Positions 51,501-64,000 of a DNA stretch of 64,000 bases are shown piece by piece. The notes beneath the pieces were generated by a model. The model was not told where the DNA came from and ran no database searches. It saw only the letters and a list, made by a program, of their open reading frames with translations. Both the position numbers and the translations under genes were made by a program. The stretch's first letter is position 1, and the number at the start of each line of letters is the position of its first letter. The stretch is taken from NCBI GenBank assembly GCA_015680685.1, contig MNCI01001941.1, forward strand, positions 737,318 through 801,317, read 5' to 3'. The stretch comes from Gnetum montanum (taxonomy: Eukaryota; Plantae; Gnetophyta).

Positions 51501-52200
51501 AGCAATATTACAATAGAGTTATATGTTTAATATCTCAAGCATACAATAAGTCATAGAGATATTTGAAGCCCAACCAATAGCTTAGAAGAATTCCATTAAT
51601 TCCTTTTGACAACACTGCTAAAAACTAAGATTCCTTTTAGAGATAATGGAGATAGAACAAGTTATCTCAAATTGATGCAAAGCATATATAGAATGAAATT
51701 GAAGCTAATATATGATTTTCTTGATAGTTGAAGCTTTATTTATGCTTTTTCACTTGTAAATAGGCACCCTTAACATACCAATCTTCTTGTGTATCATAAA
51801 TTTAAGTAAGGATCATAAGAAACGAACTAGAAATGTAGCTAGGAGGAAGCTCTTGTTAACTACACTAGGATGTCCAAGGTATGTAAGACATGAAATGTGA
51901 AGAAAAAACTTATATGATTTATATTATTGATTTCATAGTGAGGGTTTTCTTACAACTTAAGAGATCCCACCTACAAGTGGGAAATCTCACTAGTGATGGA
52001 CCTATTATCAATGGGACATCCAAGAATTGAATAAGATGTCCTAGGTGGGACATCTCACAAAAAGGTGGGACATCCAAACATAAATTTAGATCTTCAAGAA
52101 AGAATTATTTGACAAGAATGAGGATTCTAGGGAATACTACCAAGGATAATGGTATTAGAAAACTACACTAAAAATGCAAGTAAAGAAAAATTCTTACAAT
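48515..52200 (-). mobile_element. 3' part of SIRE-like copia element E (3' LTR 48515-49738, PPT, env-like ORF), copy 1
   Basis: PPT AAAAGGGGATAT then TGTTAAC; LTR end cttattgaaccctcc...cctcaCA like F; second AAAAAGAGGAG PPT-like tract at ~50160. Confidence 0.85.
50200..51790 (-). pseudogene. SIRE env-like ORF ('putative plant transposon protein' type) of element E
   Basis: VGKIVIGASPQVVNAILGI...LSLIILYNIIIKGGSCNYFLATQDFVLYCLLIG*PLNLGHIL, with an acidic low-complexity C-terminus. Confidence 0.75.
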
Positions 52201-52235
52201 TACTTACCTATACCTACCTTACTCTTGTGAGGGCG

Positions 52236-52872
52236 TGATGCTCATGTAGATTTAAAGTGAGGTTCTCCCTTAAGATTCCCTCCTCTATGATCAATACAAA
52301 TCTCTTGTATCCAATATGTTTTGTCTCCATTTATAAAATTCTTTGTTGTTTGATTTATAGTATAAGTATATGTTCTTTATTCTTCCTTAGTGAGAAATTC
52401 ATAATTTGGTCCAGTTTCCTATAGAGGAATAAAAGACCACATAGAAGATTACCAGGGAATGAAGAAGATGACTATGAAGAGGAATAGGCTATTATTAAGG
52501 TAGTAGTTTGTAATAGGTTGAGCTATGGATCTCTTAGAAGGCCAAGAAGGTTTAGAACATGTAAGTCTGATCAACTAGTAAAATTCTCATAAGACCTAGC
52601 ATGAATAATAGAAAAAGGTAGGTATTGCAAGGATGTAGCCAAAGAAATAAAATAATAATAATAAACATAATAATAATGATTCATTATGATGAAAAAATTC
52701 ATAACAAGATTAAAAGACACCAAGAATGATTACAGAATGTAGACAATGCAATTATGAAAGATGTATAATGATGAGTTATTTATCCAATAAGTTATGTATT
52801 AAGATTTCATATAACATAAATGATTCTTAGATAATTAGAATTATCCAAAAGACATAAAACTAAACTCTAACA
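52236..52872 (+). mobile_element. Complete LTR of element H flanked by a PPT (52224-52235) and a PBS (52873-52884)
   Basis: cttgtgagggcg-TGATGCTC...ctctaaCA-TGGGATCAGAGC. Confidence 0.75.
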
Positions 52873-53816
52873 TGGGATCAGAGCAAACCAATAGTTAGTT
52901 CTAATACTATATTTTGCAACATGAGTGGAATAGGGTCACTCCATATGCTTTAACCCATCAAACACACATAAAATTCAAAATATATGAAGATAATTAAATT
53001 TTCTATAAAACAAAAATAACTAGATATCTTTAATCAACATAAAAAATATTTAAAATAATTGGTTTAACAACCCACAACATCACAAATCACTTGCATATAC
53101 TTAATAATATTGCAAAGCATGAGGCTTTACAATCACATAATAATTGTTCTCAATACAAGACATAGCTTAAAGAAATATCTTCCACTAACATAGGAATGAA
53201 ATCCAAATGCCACACATAGGGAGAAAAAGTGATCAAGATATACATTTGACCATAGAATTGTAGACACACCTATACAATCTCTTTCAACAAACTCTCACAT
53301 GCTCAACTCTTGATCTCATGGTCAAACCATGAAACACATTATAATATTTATTAAATTCAAGATTAAAACCCTCTCCATTCTCAACTTGGATATTGCCAAA
53401 TATTTTTATCTTATACCCATATTTTCTAGACATTTCAAATTTGGAGCTACTAACTTGAAATTTTTCCTAGTCATATAGGGCATCTATATGCTTGCCAAGA
53501 TGTCTTTGATCCATGGAAGATGCCCCTTATTAGAAAGAGAGACCCCCTCCTAGGATGAGACTTCTACACAAAGATGTATCCTATATAATAAAGACATCCC
53601 TTTATAGCATGAAATTTCTTATTTAACAAGACATCTCTTCCTCTTGATATGATTTCTCTTATCAATTCCTAGATCTAAACAAAGATAACTTTTTGACTTC
53701 TAAGATGTCTCTTTAACTTCACAAAAATTTCAATTAATCATATATATAGATGAAAATGGAACTCATAAGAGATATCCATACACTAGTTCTCCGACCCTTT
53801 AAAAGGTAAACTTATG

Positions 53817-56420
53817 TGTGAGGACCAAGAACTTAGAAGGAGGGTTGAATAAGTTTCCCAAATCAAACAACCAAGATAATTAAAACTACAAATAAATTTA
53901 CATGGTTCCCCAACTTGGATATGTTCATACTTAGAGGGCAAAATTCTTGCATACCTCTAGACTTTTTCCCTTCAAAACATATTTTAAAGGACACCACAAC
54001 CTTTATAATGTTTGAACTCTACTGACAGTGTTTTGTCATTGCAAACACACTCAACCCTACAAGGTCCCAACAAGCTTAAAATGTGATTTCAATGATTTCA
54101 AAACCTTTATAAAGATGTAAGCTCACTTAGAGTGTTTTCATTCTAGAGACATAATCAACCCCACAAGGTCCCAATAAGCTTACAAGATGCCTTCTTGTAA
54201 GAATCCCATCAACCCTGTAGGGATATAAAGACAGAACAAGAATTAAGTAGAGAATGTAACTTACTTTACAAATTCCTTACACTTAGGCACACATACAAAA
54301 ATTCAAAAATGATGAAAAAATATAATTCACTTGATAAACAACAATAAGATTAATCAATCAATAATACTTTTACATTTTCCAAGAATTCCACTTTGTTTTA
54401 TAGCCTTTTACTTTCCAAATCCTCCTCGAAATTCATCCAATAGCTAGGAAATGGCTTATTGGGATGTCCCATTCATGATTGGGACATCTATCTACAAATA
54501 TCCTTCATTCAAGTGGAATGTCCATATAAAATTGGAATATCTCACTTACTATGTCCCAACTATGATGTCCTAGTTGCAATTGGGACATTTGTTGTTTATT
54601 TGGAACATCTAGTTTGCAACTGCACTTTGAACTCTGGAACATTCTTTTGACATTTGGACCATCTCAGTAAATCTTCAAAAACCTTCTTTTATATTGCATA
54701 CATCATTTATTAAGACTTTTTTTTATCTCATATTGGAATACTATCTCTTTTTTTATCATCCCAGCTCTTGTTTGTCATCCTAGCTCTTGTTTTTTCATCC
54801 ATGCTCTTGTCTTAACAACTCAACTCTCATTCTGGTACCATGAAGTTCTTGTTTCAATCATCATGAAGTTCTTGTCTTTACACCAATAAGTTCTTGTCTT
54901 GATATTGTTACTTTAAAGCTCATGATTGTGCTCTTGTCATGTTCTTCCTTAGCCTTGTAAGACCACAAGCACATTTTCCACATTCTACATTTTCTAGGAT
55001 TTTGACATACCAAAACTTTAACAATATCCCCTTTTTTAGTAATTCAAAAACTTAAGAAAATGCACTATTGCATTCCATAATATCATATGATTGAGAAATT
55101 TAGAGCACAATTATATATATATATATATTCATTAATCATCCTATGATAGAAGGAAAAGCAAAGGAAAAGAGATGAAACATTAAATGGTGTACATCCATTA
55201 GCTAAAATCAAAAGGCAACACAAGAAAATGGTAACATCAAAAACTATCTAATGGCAATCCATCTATGCATGATGCAAGAATAAACTATATATATATAGTC
55301 AATATATATATCACAACCTATTCCCAATTAAAAAAAGTGCACAAATCATTACAACATGTGTTCATATAACTGTCCACAACAGTATCTCCTCCACAAGTAT
55401 ACAACAATAGCCACAAAGGCTCTTCCCTTTTTCTAGACATCATCCAAAAGGAGGGGATTATGAAAATCCTCTAATCACTAACCTCTATATTATTATCATC
55501 TTCATCATAGCTAGAATCTGCATGAGTGGGCTGATAAGTCTCATCGTCATCATCATCACTACTAGTACTAAAGATAAAGACCTTCTACTTATTATCATTA
55601 AACGAAGATACTATGATAGGAGCTCCTCAAGGATGAAGCTTTATCCAAAATCCTAATGATGAAGGAAAATAAGATGAAGCCTACTAGTAAGAAGAAGAAG
55701 TATCCTTCTATTGATAAGTTTTGAAAATGACTTACTCCTAATGAGCTATGACACAAAAATGCTCTTCATCAATTGTTGCTCAAAATATTAAGGAAAATCC
55801 TCCTATACATATGAACTTGATTCAAGCTAATTAGGATCAAGAACAAACTCTCCCTGGATACATGTAGGTGGTGCAACAAGATCCTTAAAATTAGATGAAT
55901 TTCACAAACCACACCCTTGGGATGGTGCAACTATTGTAGAATAACTAGCTGGAGTTGGAATATCCTCATCATTAGAGAAGTAATATCCTTAAACTACTAT
56001 CGATATGAAGGAGGTGATAGGTCTACTACATTCATTTTCTTATGCGAGTAAGAGAGATTTTGTCCAATCATCCCTAAGATTTTACCAAAGGATTTTAACA
56101 TCTTCTTTAACACTAAATTCACCTATACACTTATAGTTTTTGATATTTTAAGCTATGAAGAGATCCTAGATGGAGATTTTACTTACTTCTTATCTTTAGA
56201 GGTGGAGAAGATGGGGATATAAAGTTTGAAAGTGTGATGCTCCTCTTCTTTGAAAACTCTACAAGACTCCTCTTCCCCTTAACAAGAGGCATATTAGGGG
56301 TAGGGACACCTACTTATTAAATCAAGAAACTAATAAGAAAATGCTTTCCATAAACCATTTCTCTAGTAAATAAACCTAGCATGTCCCTAAAAAGAATGTG
56401 TCCCAAGTTTAATGGCTATC
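53817..56420 (-). mobile_element. SIRE-like element E, copy 2 (LTR 53817-55023, PPT, partial env-like ORF)
   Basis: Duplicate of 48515-51141. Confidence 0.85.
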
Positions 56421-57519
56421 TGATGAGCGGCTAGGTATCCCTGCGTCCAACCATACGAATCACGAGTGTTCACGCATGACTCGGTCGAAATCTGCAAACT
56501 GTAAGCACTTAACATACACCAGACTTCTAACCAATGAAACCTTGGGTTTAAACGGTTGTTGTCATCCTAATCTCACTTGTGAAGTTCTATTTATGTTGGT
56601 TAAGTGAGATTAAGGCTAATGATTTTTATACCTTTTTAATTATCTTTTTGGCAACTAATCATTTTGGAAAATAAGGATAGAATATTAATTAATCTAAAAA
56701 TTATCTTAATCTAAATCTTAACTATTCCTAACATAAGTATCTGGTCCCATCTTCCAAACATGTTCTAAGCATCTCCTAACACTTTTGCGTTACTAGACGT
56801 TAAGCATCAGTAGGCTTACCAAGTGTTTGGGTTACATTCGAGATGGTTATACTTATGTCTTTAACGAACTACGAATGAATAATAACAATTGAAATTATAA
56901 TAATGAAAACATAAGTAATTAACAAGTAACTAATAAAGCATAAACATATTAAACTATTAAATGCATGAAATAACTAAGTCCAAATGAAATAACTATTAAA
57001 CAATTCATCTTTATTGTCGTCACGCCAATGGGCTCAGATACATCAATGCTCGAATAAAGATCCGATCACTTTTCTTACACCTGTTGGAGGCACTTGGAAA
57101 ATATTCTATCTCTTGTGGGAACAAACTTCAAGATCTTTGCTACAACTACTCAAAAATATGCCTAAATGAGGCAAAAGGCCCTCATATTTATAGGCTAGGA
57201 AGGGTGGCTGCATAAACGAGGCCACGTCGACGTAGGGAGGCTACGTCGATGGGCCCGCATCGACATAGCTGCATATATGCAACCCCGTATACGCGGCCCA
57301 ATTGATGCATTGACTAAATGACACTTCATCATACCCCCACAACTGAGGAAAAACTCGTCCTCAAGTTACTTTACAATTTGGAAGGTATGGATCCTTATTT
57401 ACAACACACATAACTTAAACACATACATGGAACACACATGACACAACATAAATTTAACCAAGTGCTTGAGTTACAGAGGGGGATAAATTACAAAAATGGT
57501 GGTGTTCAAAGAAAAAATT

Positions 57520-60496
57520 GAACACCTTTCCAGTCCTGGAGCCTCTGCTATGTAGGATGATGCATAAAATTTCTGGAGAAGATCACACCGTCCTTGGGGG
57601 CAGTGGTTCTAATGGACCCTCTCTAGCCTCTGGCCACTGCATAGGTGGCAGCATGGATGTTGGAAGTCCTATGGCAGCTGCAACTTCTGGAGGCAACCGG
57701 AAAGCCTCCAAGAGAGCCCTCATTTTATCTTCTTTTCTTATGGGGTCATTCATGGTCTAGGTGGCTTCTCCAATATGTGCTGGAACTAGAACTTTCCAAG
57801 GGTAAGGTAGCACTGGGATGAGTTCTTTTAAATTGACAAACCAGGCTACAAACTGCTTGCATTCGATATTGAATGCTTGAATTGATGACTGTAGCTGTTG
57901 GTAGTCATTCATTCTTCAAGCTAGGTCCTCCGTGATGGTATGTTGGCCTTAAAAGCTTGTGCGAAGGACCTCGAGTTCCATGTTTGCTATTGCCAACTTC
58001 TATTTTGTGGCCTTGTGCACCTAGAACTCACCCTCGTATAAGGAATACGATGTGGCCACTTGTTTTTCTAACTCTAACTACGGTCTCCCAAATGTGCGCA
58101 TAGCCAGTTTTGCATATCGAAGGTTGGCCAATTCCATGTATTCTGTCATTTCTTCGATCTACAGCTCCTTTAGGCAGATTTCTACTTTTTTGTAGGCATT
58201 CAACCCATCAAAGATGGATAGCCATATATCGCCTCCCTCTCGGAGCTGCTGGAGTGCTTGGTTCATCTTGTCTTTAGCGACTTGAATGTGCTTATCCTTC
58301 ACCTCCTTCTACAATCCCACTTGGTCCCTGTACTGATTTTTGACTTTATCAAACTTCAGGACCTCTTTTCTCCAAGTGGAAATTTCGATTGCAGACTTTT
58401 GTCACAATGCTCAAAACTCCTCCATTGACAGATTTCTATTTTCAGTTGCTAACCTTCTTATGTCTGCGTTCACCCTAGCTAGCTCCTCCTATTGTTGGTG
58501 GATGAAATCCTTCATGTGTTTGTTGTTTGCACCAACATTGCATAGGCAATGAACTTCTACGATTAGCTACACGTGCTCCTGGCGAACCTCCGCCAAGTCC
58601 TTCTCTAAATAATACACTTGGGCATTTACTATGGACTTTTCTAGGATTTCTGTCTCTTGCACATCCTCAACAACCTAAAGTTTAAGCTAAAGTTGTTGAA
58701 AAGCTTCATCTCTGGTGATTTCATTGTTCAGGATGGCGGGATCGACAAGCTGGTCTCTTAATTGGGCTACCTCCATTGCCAAGCCCTAACAAGCGACTTG
58801 AGCAGCTTCTTGTTTCCCTTCCAAGATGATGCTCTTACCCCTTGCCAATAGTAGCTCTAACTAGGTTGTAGTGATGTTATCCAAAAGGTCAGAGACATCC
58901 AGAAGCAGTTGCCTGGTTCCTACTAGTTGGTCCAAAAATTCTTCATGTTGAGCTACATCAATCTTGCTACGCAAAGTTCCAGTAGACACTTGTATATCTT
59001 GTAGTCCATGAATGTTTGGTACAAGTGCTACCGGTGCATTGAGGACCATAGAAATTGTATCAGCAACCACTTCAACCGTAACTTCCTGTCCCTGGTGTTG
59101 CATTACCAGGACTGTCACCTCTTCACCATCTTCCAAGTGTACCGAGAAAGTAGCAGCATTCCTTGAGATTTCAGGGAATAACTGTTGTGTTGCGGTTGAT
59201 ACATCTTAGATGCTTGGATCTGTTCTGGGTGGAACTCATGCTTGGGCAGTAGAAAATAACGACCCTGCCCTTTCAAGCAAGCTAACTGATTGAGCCACTT
59301 TCTCTAGGTGGCTCATGGTAGGGTGATAGATCGAAGTATCTTCTCCTCCACCAGTCCTGCCAGATTGCTTTTGTTGGCTCAAGAGCGTTTCTTGGAGCTC
59401 ACGAATGTATATCCTATGGTATTTTGTGAGCCTAACTGCATTCTTTGCATAGGTGGTGGAGGTGGTTGTTGTTCTTCCTCTGTCTATGTGATGGCAGGCA
59501 TTTTATCTTTCATCATTTCTCACCACGAGAAAATTGGGGTGCTCCGGATGATATCATTAGAGTATCGTGCTATCCCTGCACATTTGCACAACTTTTGGAT
59601 TAGGCAAGGAGGGGAGAGCTCATCTTCCACGTTCATTCTCAGTGAACCTTTTTTTAATTTCTAGAAATAACAGTTGTGGAAGACTCATGGGAAATATCCC
59701 ACTCAAGGCGACACACACATGAGCGGAGAAGGCTATGATTTTACTGGGTCTTACCATTGGATTCGAATGGTAAGATGCTATCTTGGAGTATACTCTCTCT
59801 GCCATGGTTAAGGATCCAAATTCCTTGCACTCTACCCCGTAGCACCATTGGATCCATTACACCTTCACCTTTGGATCAGCCTGCTTTGGAATTTCTGCCA
59901 CATCTGCCCCAATTTCAGGCAACCCCAGAGCTTGCGCTATTGCTTCTGAAGAGTAAGAGACATAAATGTCTTTGATTCTTACTCTTGACCCTAGTTGCCA
60001 ATTCATCTAGAAGAGATAGGTTTCTCCTAAGTACCACTCACCAGTGGTTGTGATGATTGGCCACATCGGAGAAGTCTACAATTGAAGCCTCACGTCTTCT
60101 GAAGCGTTCTGGAGGAATGGTCCAAAATTTAACTCTTGGAGGACCATCCATTGTACCTCGCGTGGCGTGATAGCATTAGGGCAGGCTTGGGTCAAGGTGA
60201 CCTCAAGCTATGGTGCTATCCCAGGAGTCTCATCTCCTAGTGATTGCACACCAGGAATCTCCTCTTCAGGAATCTAGTGAACAGATTCCATGTCAGGTTG
60301 TTCACGGAAGGGCCTAGTTGCATGAGAGCCCTCCGCATACTCTGGTGGTTGCACTCCTCATCCCCTTCCCGTGCAGGGGTGCTTGTCCCTTTCTTATGAT
60401 GGTTCTTCATCCCTTGTATGCCTTGGTNGTACAGGGGTTCTTGTCCCTTTCTTATGATGGTTCTTCATCCCTTGTATGCCTTGGTTTGGGTGCCAT
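57520..60496 (-). pseudogene. Athila env-like / accessory ORF of element D
   Basis: Starts ttattgcAG-ATG GCA CCC AAA CCA AGG; contains WPIITTTGEWYLGETYLF(Q)MNWQLGSRVRIKDIYVSYSSEAIAQALGLPEIG; long coiled-coil-like C-terminal half. Confidence 0.75.
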
Positions 60497-62549
60497 CTGC
60501 AATAAAACATAATCGTCCATTAGACTGTTCATAAGTAGTTTAAGATGGTCCGTATATACTTTCTCAGTTTGACCAAGTTATGTTAATGGCATAGGCACAC
60601 CGTTAAGTTTCCCAGAGTGTTAAGTTAGGGGCTAGGGCCAAAGTTTTTTTAATTAACAAGCTAATTAATTAATTAATTAATTACAAAAAGGCACCACCCC
60701 CCCATGACTGAGAGCATACCTTCGGGTGTGTAAAAAGAGCAAGGACAGGTTGATGTGGATACGTGATGGAATGTAGGTGCATTGGGAAGGGTTAGGAAAA
60801 AAAAACAACAAAAACTCCCTTCAATTTAGACTCCAAATGATGAAAAATGAAGAAGTGCAGCGGGGTATATATAGGGGTTGGGCGCTGCATTGATGGGGCC
60901 GCGTATACGCAGCACTGTTTACCCATAGATCAACATTGACCGATCCATAAAACACTTGAAATGATGAATTTGAAAATCCAAATTGAGGCAGTTGAAGTGC
61001 AGAAAAGGCCTGATCATGGTTGAGGACAGGAGGAAGGAAATTAAGTGCAAAAAATAGACAGAATTGGAGAATGGGATTGAAAAATAACTCTGCAAGGACA
61101 GAATCAAACAATGGGACACTGAAACTAGTCAACCAAGAAATCCAAAGGATGGAAGGCTTAATAGGCAGAACTAGAAATATGCAGGTGGGTCCTCCCCATA
61201 GTAGGCAACAGCCTTTGTAGACCTTGCATACCCCCAACACCAAGGTCCATGGGCCCGGGTGCCAAGAATTGGTGCTGGCCAGTTAAGACTCCAAAGCAAG
61301 AGAACCTGCCAAGGCATGAGAGACCTACAGAAAACACGACAAACATAGAAAACATAAAAAGGATAGTGAGGTGAGTACGGAGAGGAGTGGGAATAGAGGG
61401 AGAGGAGAGAATGGAAAGTCCAAATGTTGGCCACATGAAATCCCGTGTGCGATCGTGGTTAAGTGACCCAGTAGAACCTTCCTAAGGTCATACCCAAAAC
61501 CATCCATAGTCAGTGACATCACAGCAATAAACAAAGTCACGACCATCCCCCAAGGAAACAAGAATGACCCCATAGAGAACCACCACTCCAGAAAATGGGA
61601 GAAGAAGGAAGTGAAACAAGACAAAGTTAGAGGGGACCAAGGAAGTCCCATAACTAAAGCATATGGCCTGTGAGAGGCGGTCTAAGGGGTGTTCTTTGAA
61701 TCCCCTCGTGATTTGTTTTTCTTTTCTTTAGTACAAGGGAACCACACCATCCAAAGACCCATGCATGTTTGCATGTATTCAACCAAGGGGTGTGCTTTGA
61801 ATCCTCATTTTATTTGTTTATTTTTTTTTGCTTTTTTTTGCTTTTTTCTCTTGTTTTTTTTTTTTGAATTTTTGAATTTTTTAGTGAGGACAACACCAGG
61901 CAAGGTTGAAATGCCCAGAAGCTTCCATGGAGAGACACTTGGAATGGGAGGAAATTAGTGAGGACACACTGGCAACCCCAGGAATAGAACAGAATGACGA
62001 ATAAAGCATTCCCCTTGAAGTCACACTCGATTCAAACCATTGGATCATTCCTCAGTCTAAGAACTACACAAGTCACACATTAATTAAAATATTTTTAAGT
62101 GAAGGGGTTACATGTTCGCAACAAAAGGAAAACCATGGAATGGTGAATGGGCGAATGACGTGGACTCACTGCCAAGTTTATGAAGTGAAAACAATGTAAA
62201 ATCCAAGGACAACCATGTAATGGCAGGAGCCATATAATGAGGAAGACTATTACAGTACCCATTGTAACAAAAACTGACCATGCTGAACATCTAAAGATAA
62301 TACATCGACGTCTACCATTATGCAAAAAAAAAATAGATAGTTACAAAAAAAAACAAAAATAATGTGCAAATGTATGAATGATGGTGAAAAAAAAGTGTAA
62401 AATAATAAGGGTAAAACAAAAATTGTAAAACAAAAATGATAAAACAAGGAAGTGTAAAAGAAAAAATGATAAAATGGTGAGGGAAGTAGGGAATGGATCA
62501 GTAGGGATGATGGTCTTCCCCACAACTGGGTGGAAAGGAGGATACATGA

Positions 62550-64000
62550 AAGATGGAGCGTGGATGATCGACCGATGACAAGGTGGTGACACTGGTTGTG
62601 TGGAGCTCACGAAAAGGTTTGACTTGTTGGCAGTTTACTAAGTGTGTTCTAGTGGGATCCCCAGGTTTGTGGATGAGCAAGGCCGTGGATGGAAAGGTTT
62701 CAGAGACAATATAAGGTCCCTCCCATAGTGTCTGAAACTTTGTCGGTTGGGATACATGTGAGGGGTTCCAATACAATACCTTGTCTCCACATCTAAATGT
62801 GAGCTTCTGAATCCTAAGATCATGTTGTTTCTTGTTATAGGCCTTGTGGGTTTCATTTGAAAATAGGGCCACTAATCGGTTCTCATATAGCACACTTAAA
62901 TTGATTAATCGTTCTCGTTGTGCTAGTGGTAGGTCAAGGCTGAGGTCACTGGTTGTGGATAGTGTCTAGAGTTCTACTTGGATTAGAAGTGTTGGCAACT
63001 TTCCGTACACTAACTCATAGGGAGAGTACCCTACAGGAAGTTTCCAAGTGGAGCAATAGGCCCATAGGGCATCGTTAAACTTGGTGCTCCAATCCCTCCT
63101 GTAATTGCTACTAGTGTAGGTAAGGATCTTGGTGATCTCCCTATTTATGACTTTGGCATGTCTGTTGGCTTGGGGGTGATAGGGTTTTGTAAGTTTCTAT
63201 GTTACCCCTAAGCGTTGCATGAGTTTCCAAAAAGTGACACCCGTGAAGTGAGTTCCATTGTCAGAAATAAGTGCATGTGGCACTCCAAAACTGGTAACGA
63301 TTTGTTGCTGGAAAAATTGTGTGATGGTGTTTGAAGAACAGTTGATGATGGTTGCTACTTCTGCCCACTTTGTACAATAGTCCACCGCCATGATAATGTA
63401 TGCCTTTTCGTTTGACAAAGGGATGATGGATCCCATGAAGCTGATACCCCAGATGTCGAAGGGCTCCAGTGGTTGGATCCACTGTTGAGGTCCCTCCAAT
63501 CGTGTTGACATCCCACCATATCTTTGGCATTGTTCGCAGGAGCGGACGAACCATTGTGCATCCTTGAAAAGTGTAAGCCAGTAATACCCTGCAAGTAGGA
63601 TTTTAATGGTCATTCGGCATCTAGCATAGTGGCCCCCACAAGCGCCCTCATGAGCATCTTGGAGGACGTGTAATGTATCATCATTAGGGCCAAACCATCA
63701 AACCAAGCCATCTACACACACCTTGTAGAGGTGGCCATTGAGTTCCATGAAACGCTTGGCCTTATGGAGAAACTGTTGTTTCTACCGATGGTTCCATTCC
63801 TTTGGCAACTCCTGGGTTGTAAGGTAGGTAAGGATGCGATTGAACCAAGGGGATTCCTTAGGTACTTGAGGATCAACAGTGCCTGTGAAGAGGAGTTCAT
63901 CTGGAAACTGATCAGATAAGGGCTCCTCCTCTTCTGTGTTATCCCATCGTAACCGAGACAAGTGGTCAGCAACCACATTCTCGGTCCCCTTTCCATCTAC
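62550..64000 (-). pseudogene. RNase H C-terminus and integrase of element D
   Basis: GTENVVADHLSRL, HEGACGGH..GYYWLTLFKDAQWFVRSCEQCQ, YIIMAVDYCTKWAE, LISDNGTHF, KFQTLWEGPY. Confidence 0.95.

Larger units (their letters stand above)
47154..56420. repeat. ~5.3-kb tandem duplication (47154-52455 and 52456-56420, second copy cut by element D)
   Basis: Colinear similarity from ggaatgaagaagatgac (47155/52456) to ttaatggctatc (51141/56420). Confidence 0.92.
56421..64000 (-). mobile_element. Athila-like Ty3/gypsy element D (3' LTR 56421-57331, PPT, env-like ORF, integrase); continues beyond the window
   Basis: TGATGAG...CTTCATCA termini interrupt the E duplicate exactly at 56420; PPT follows; RH joins INT directly without aRH. 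Confidence 0.9.

Noticed and set aside
60371-60485. ~57-bp direct repeat at the start of the D accessory ORF
   Set aside because: The copies straddle a single N (60428); probably an assembly overlap, although a real coding repeat cannot be excluded.
60821-62610. Many overlapping Phe/Leu-rich ORFs in the ORF track
   Set aside because: They arise from A/T-skewed low-complexity spacer DNA and show no recognisable domains.

Overview
Eukaryotic, plant-type heterochromatin made almost entirely of nested, decayed LTR retrotransposons. I found no intact host gene and no RNA gene. Most stop codons in the reconstructed frames are TAG/TAA/TGA at Gln/Arg/Trp positions, which fits methylation-driven C>T decay. 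Elements present: two Tat-clade Ty3/gypsy elements with RT-RH-aRH-INT order (A, 240-14996; B, 28948-~42110, both minus strand); a fragment of a third (G); two Athila-like elements (C, 15046-25523, lacking RT/RH/INT; D, 56421 to window end); SIRE-like copia pieces (F, E); a tandemly duplicated ~5.3-kb copia/gypsy/SIRE composite; and a ~1.65-kb tandem duplication ending in a possible Mutator-like terminus. The main finding is that the Tat elements carry a large (~1,100 codon, 8-exon) spliced gene in ANTISENSE. In element A it lies between gag-protease and RT, splitting the polyprotein by ~6 kb. Exon peptides, intron positions and intron phases are conserved between the strongly diverged copies A and B, and parts of two exons are conserved in G. 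It is flanked by arrays of short motifs, some shared between families and some family-specific. All translations and alignments were done by eye, and coordinates of degenerate features are approximate.
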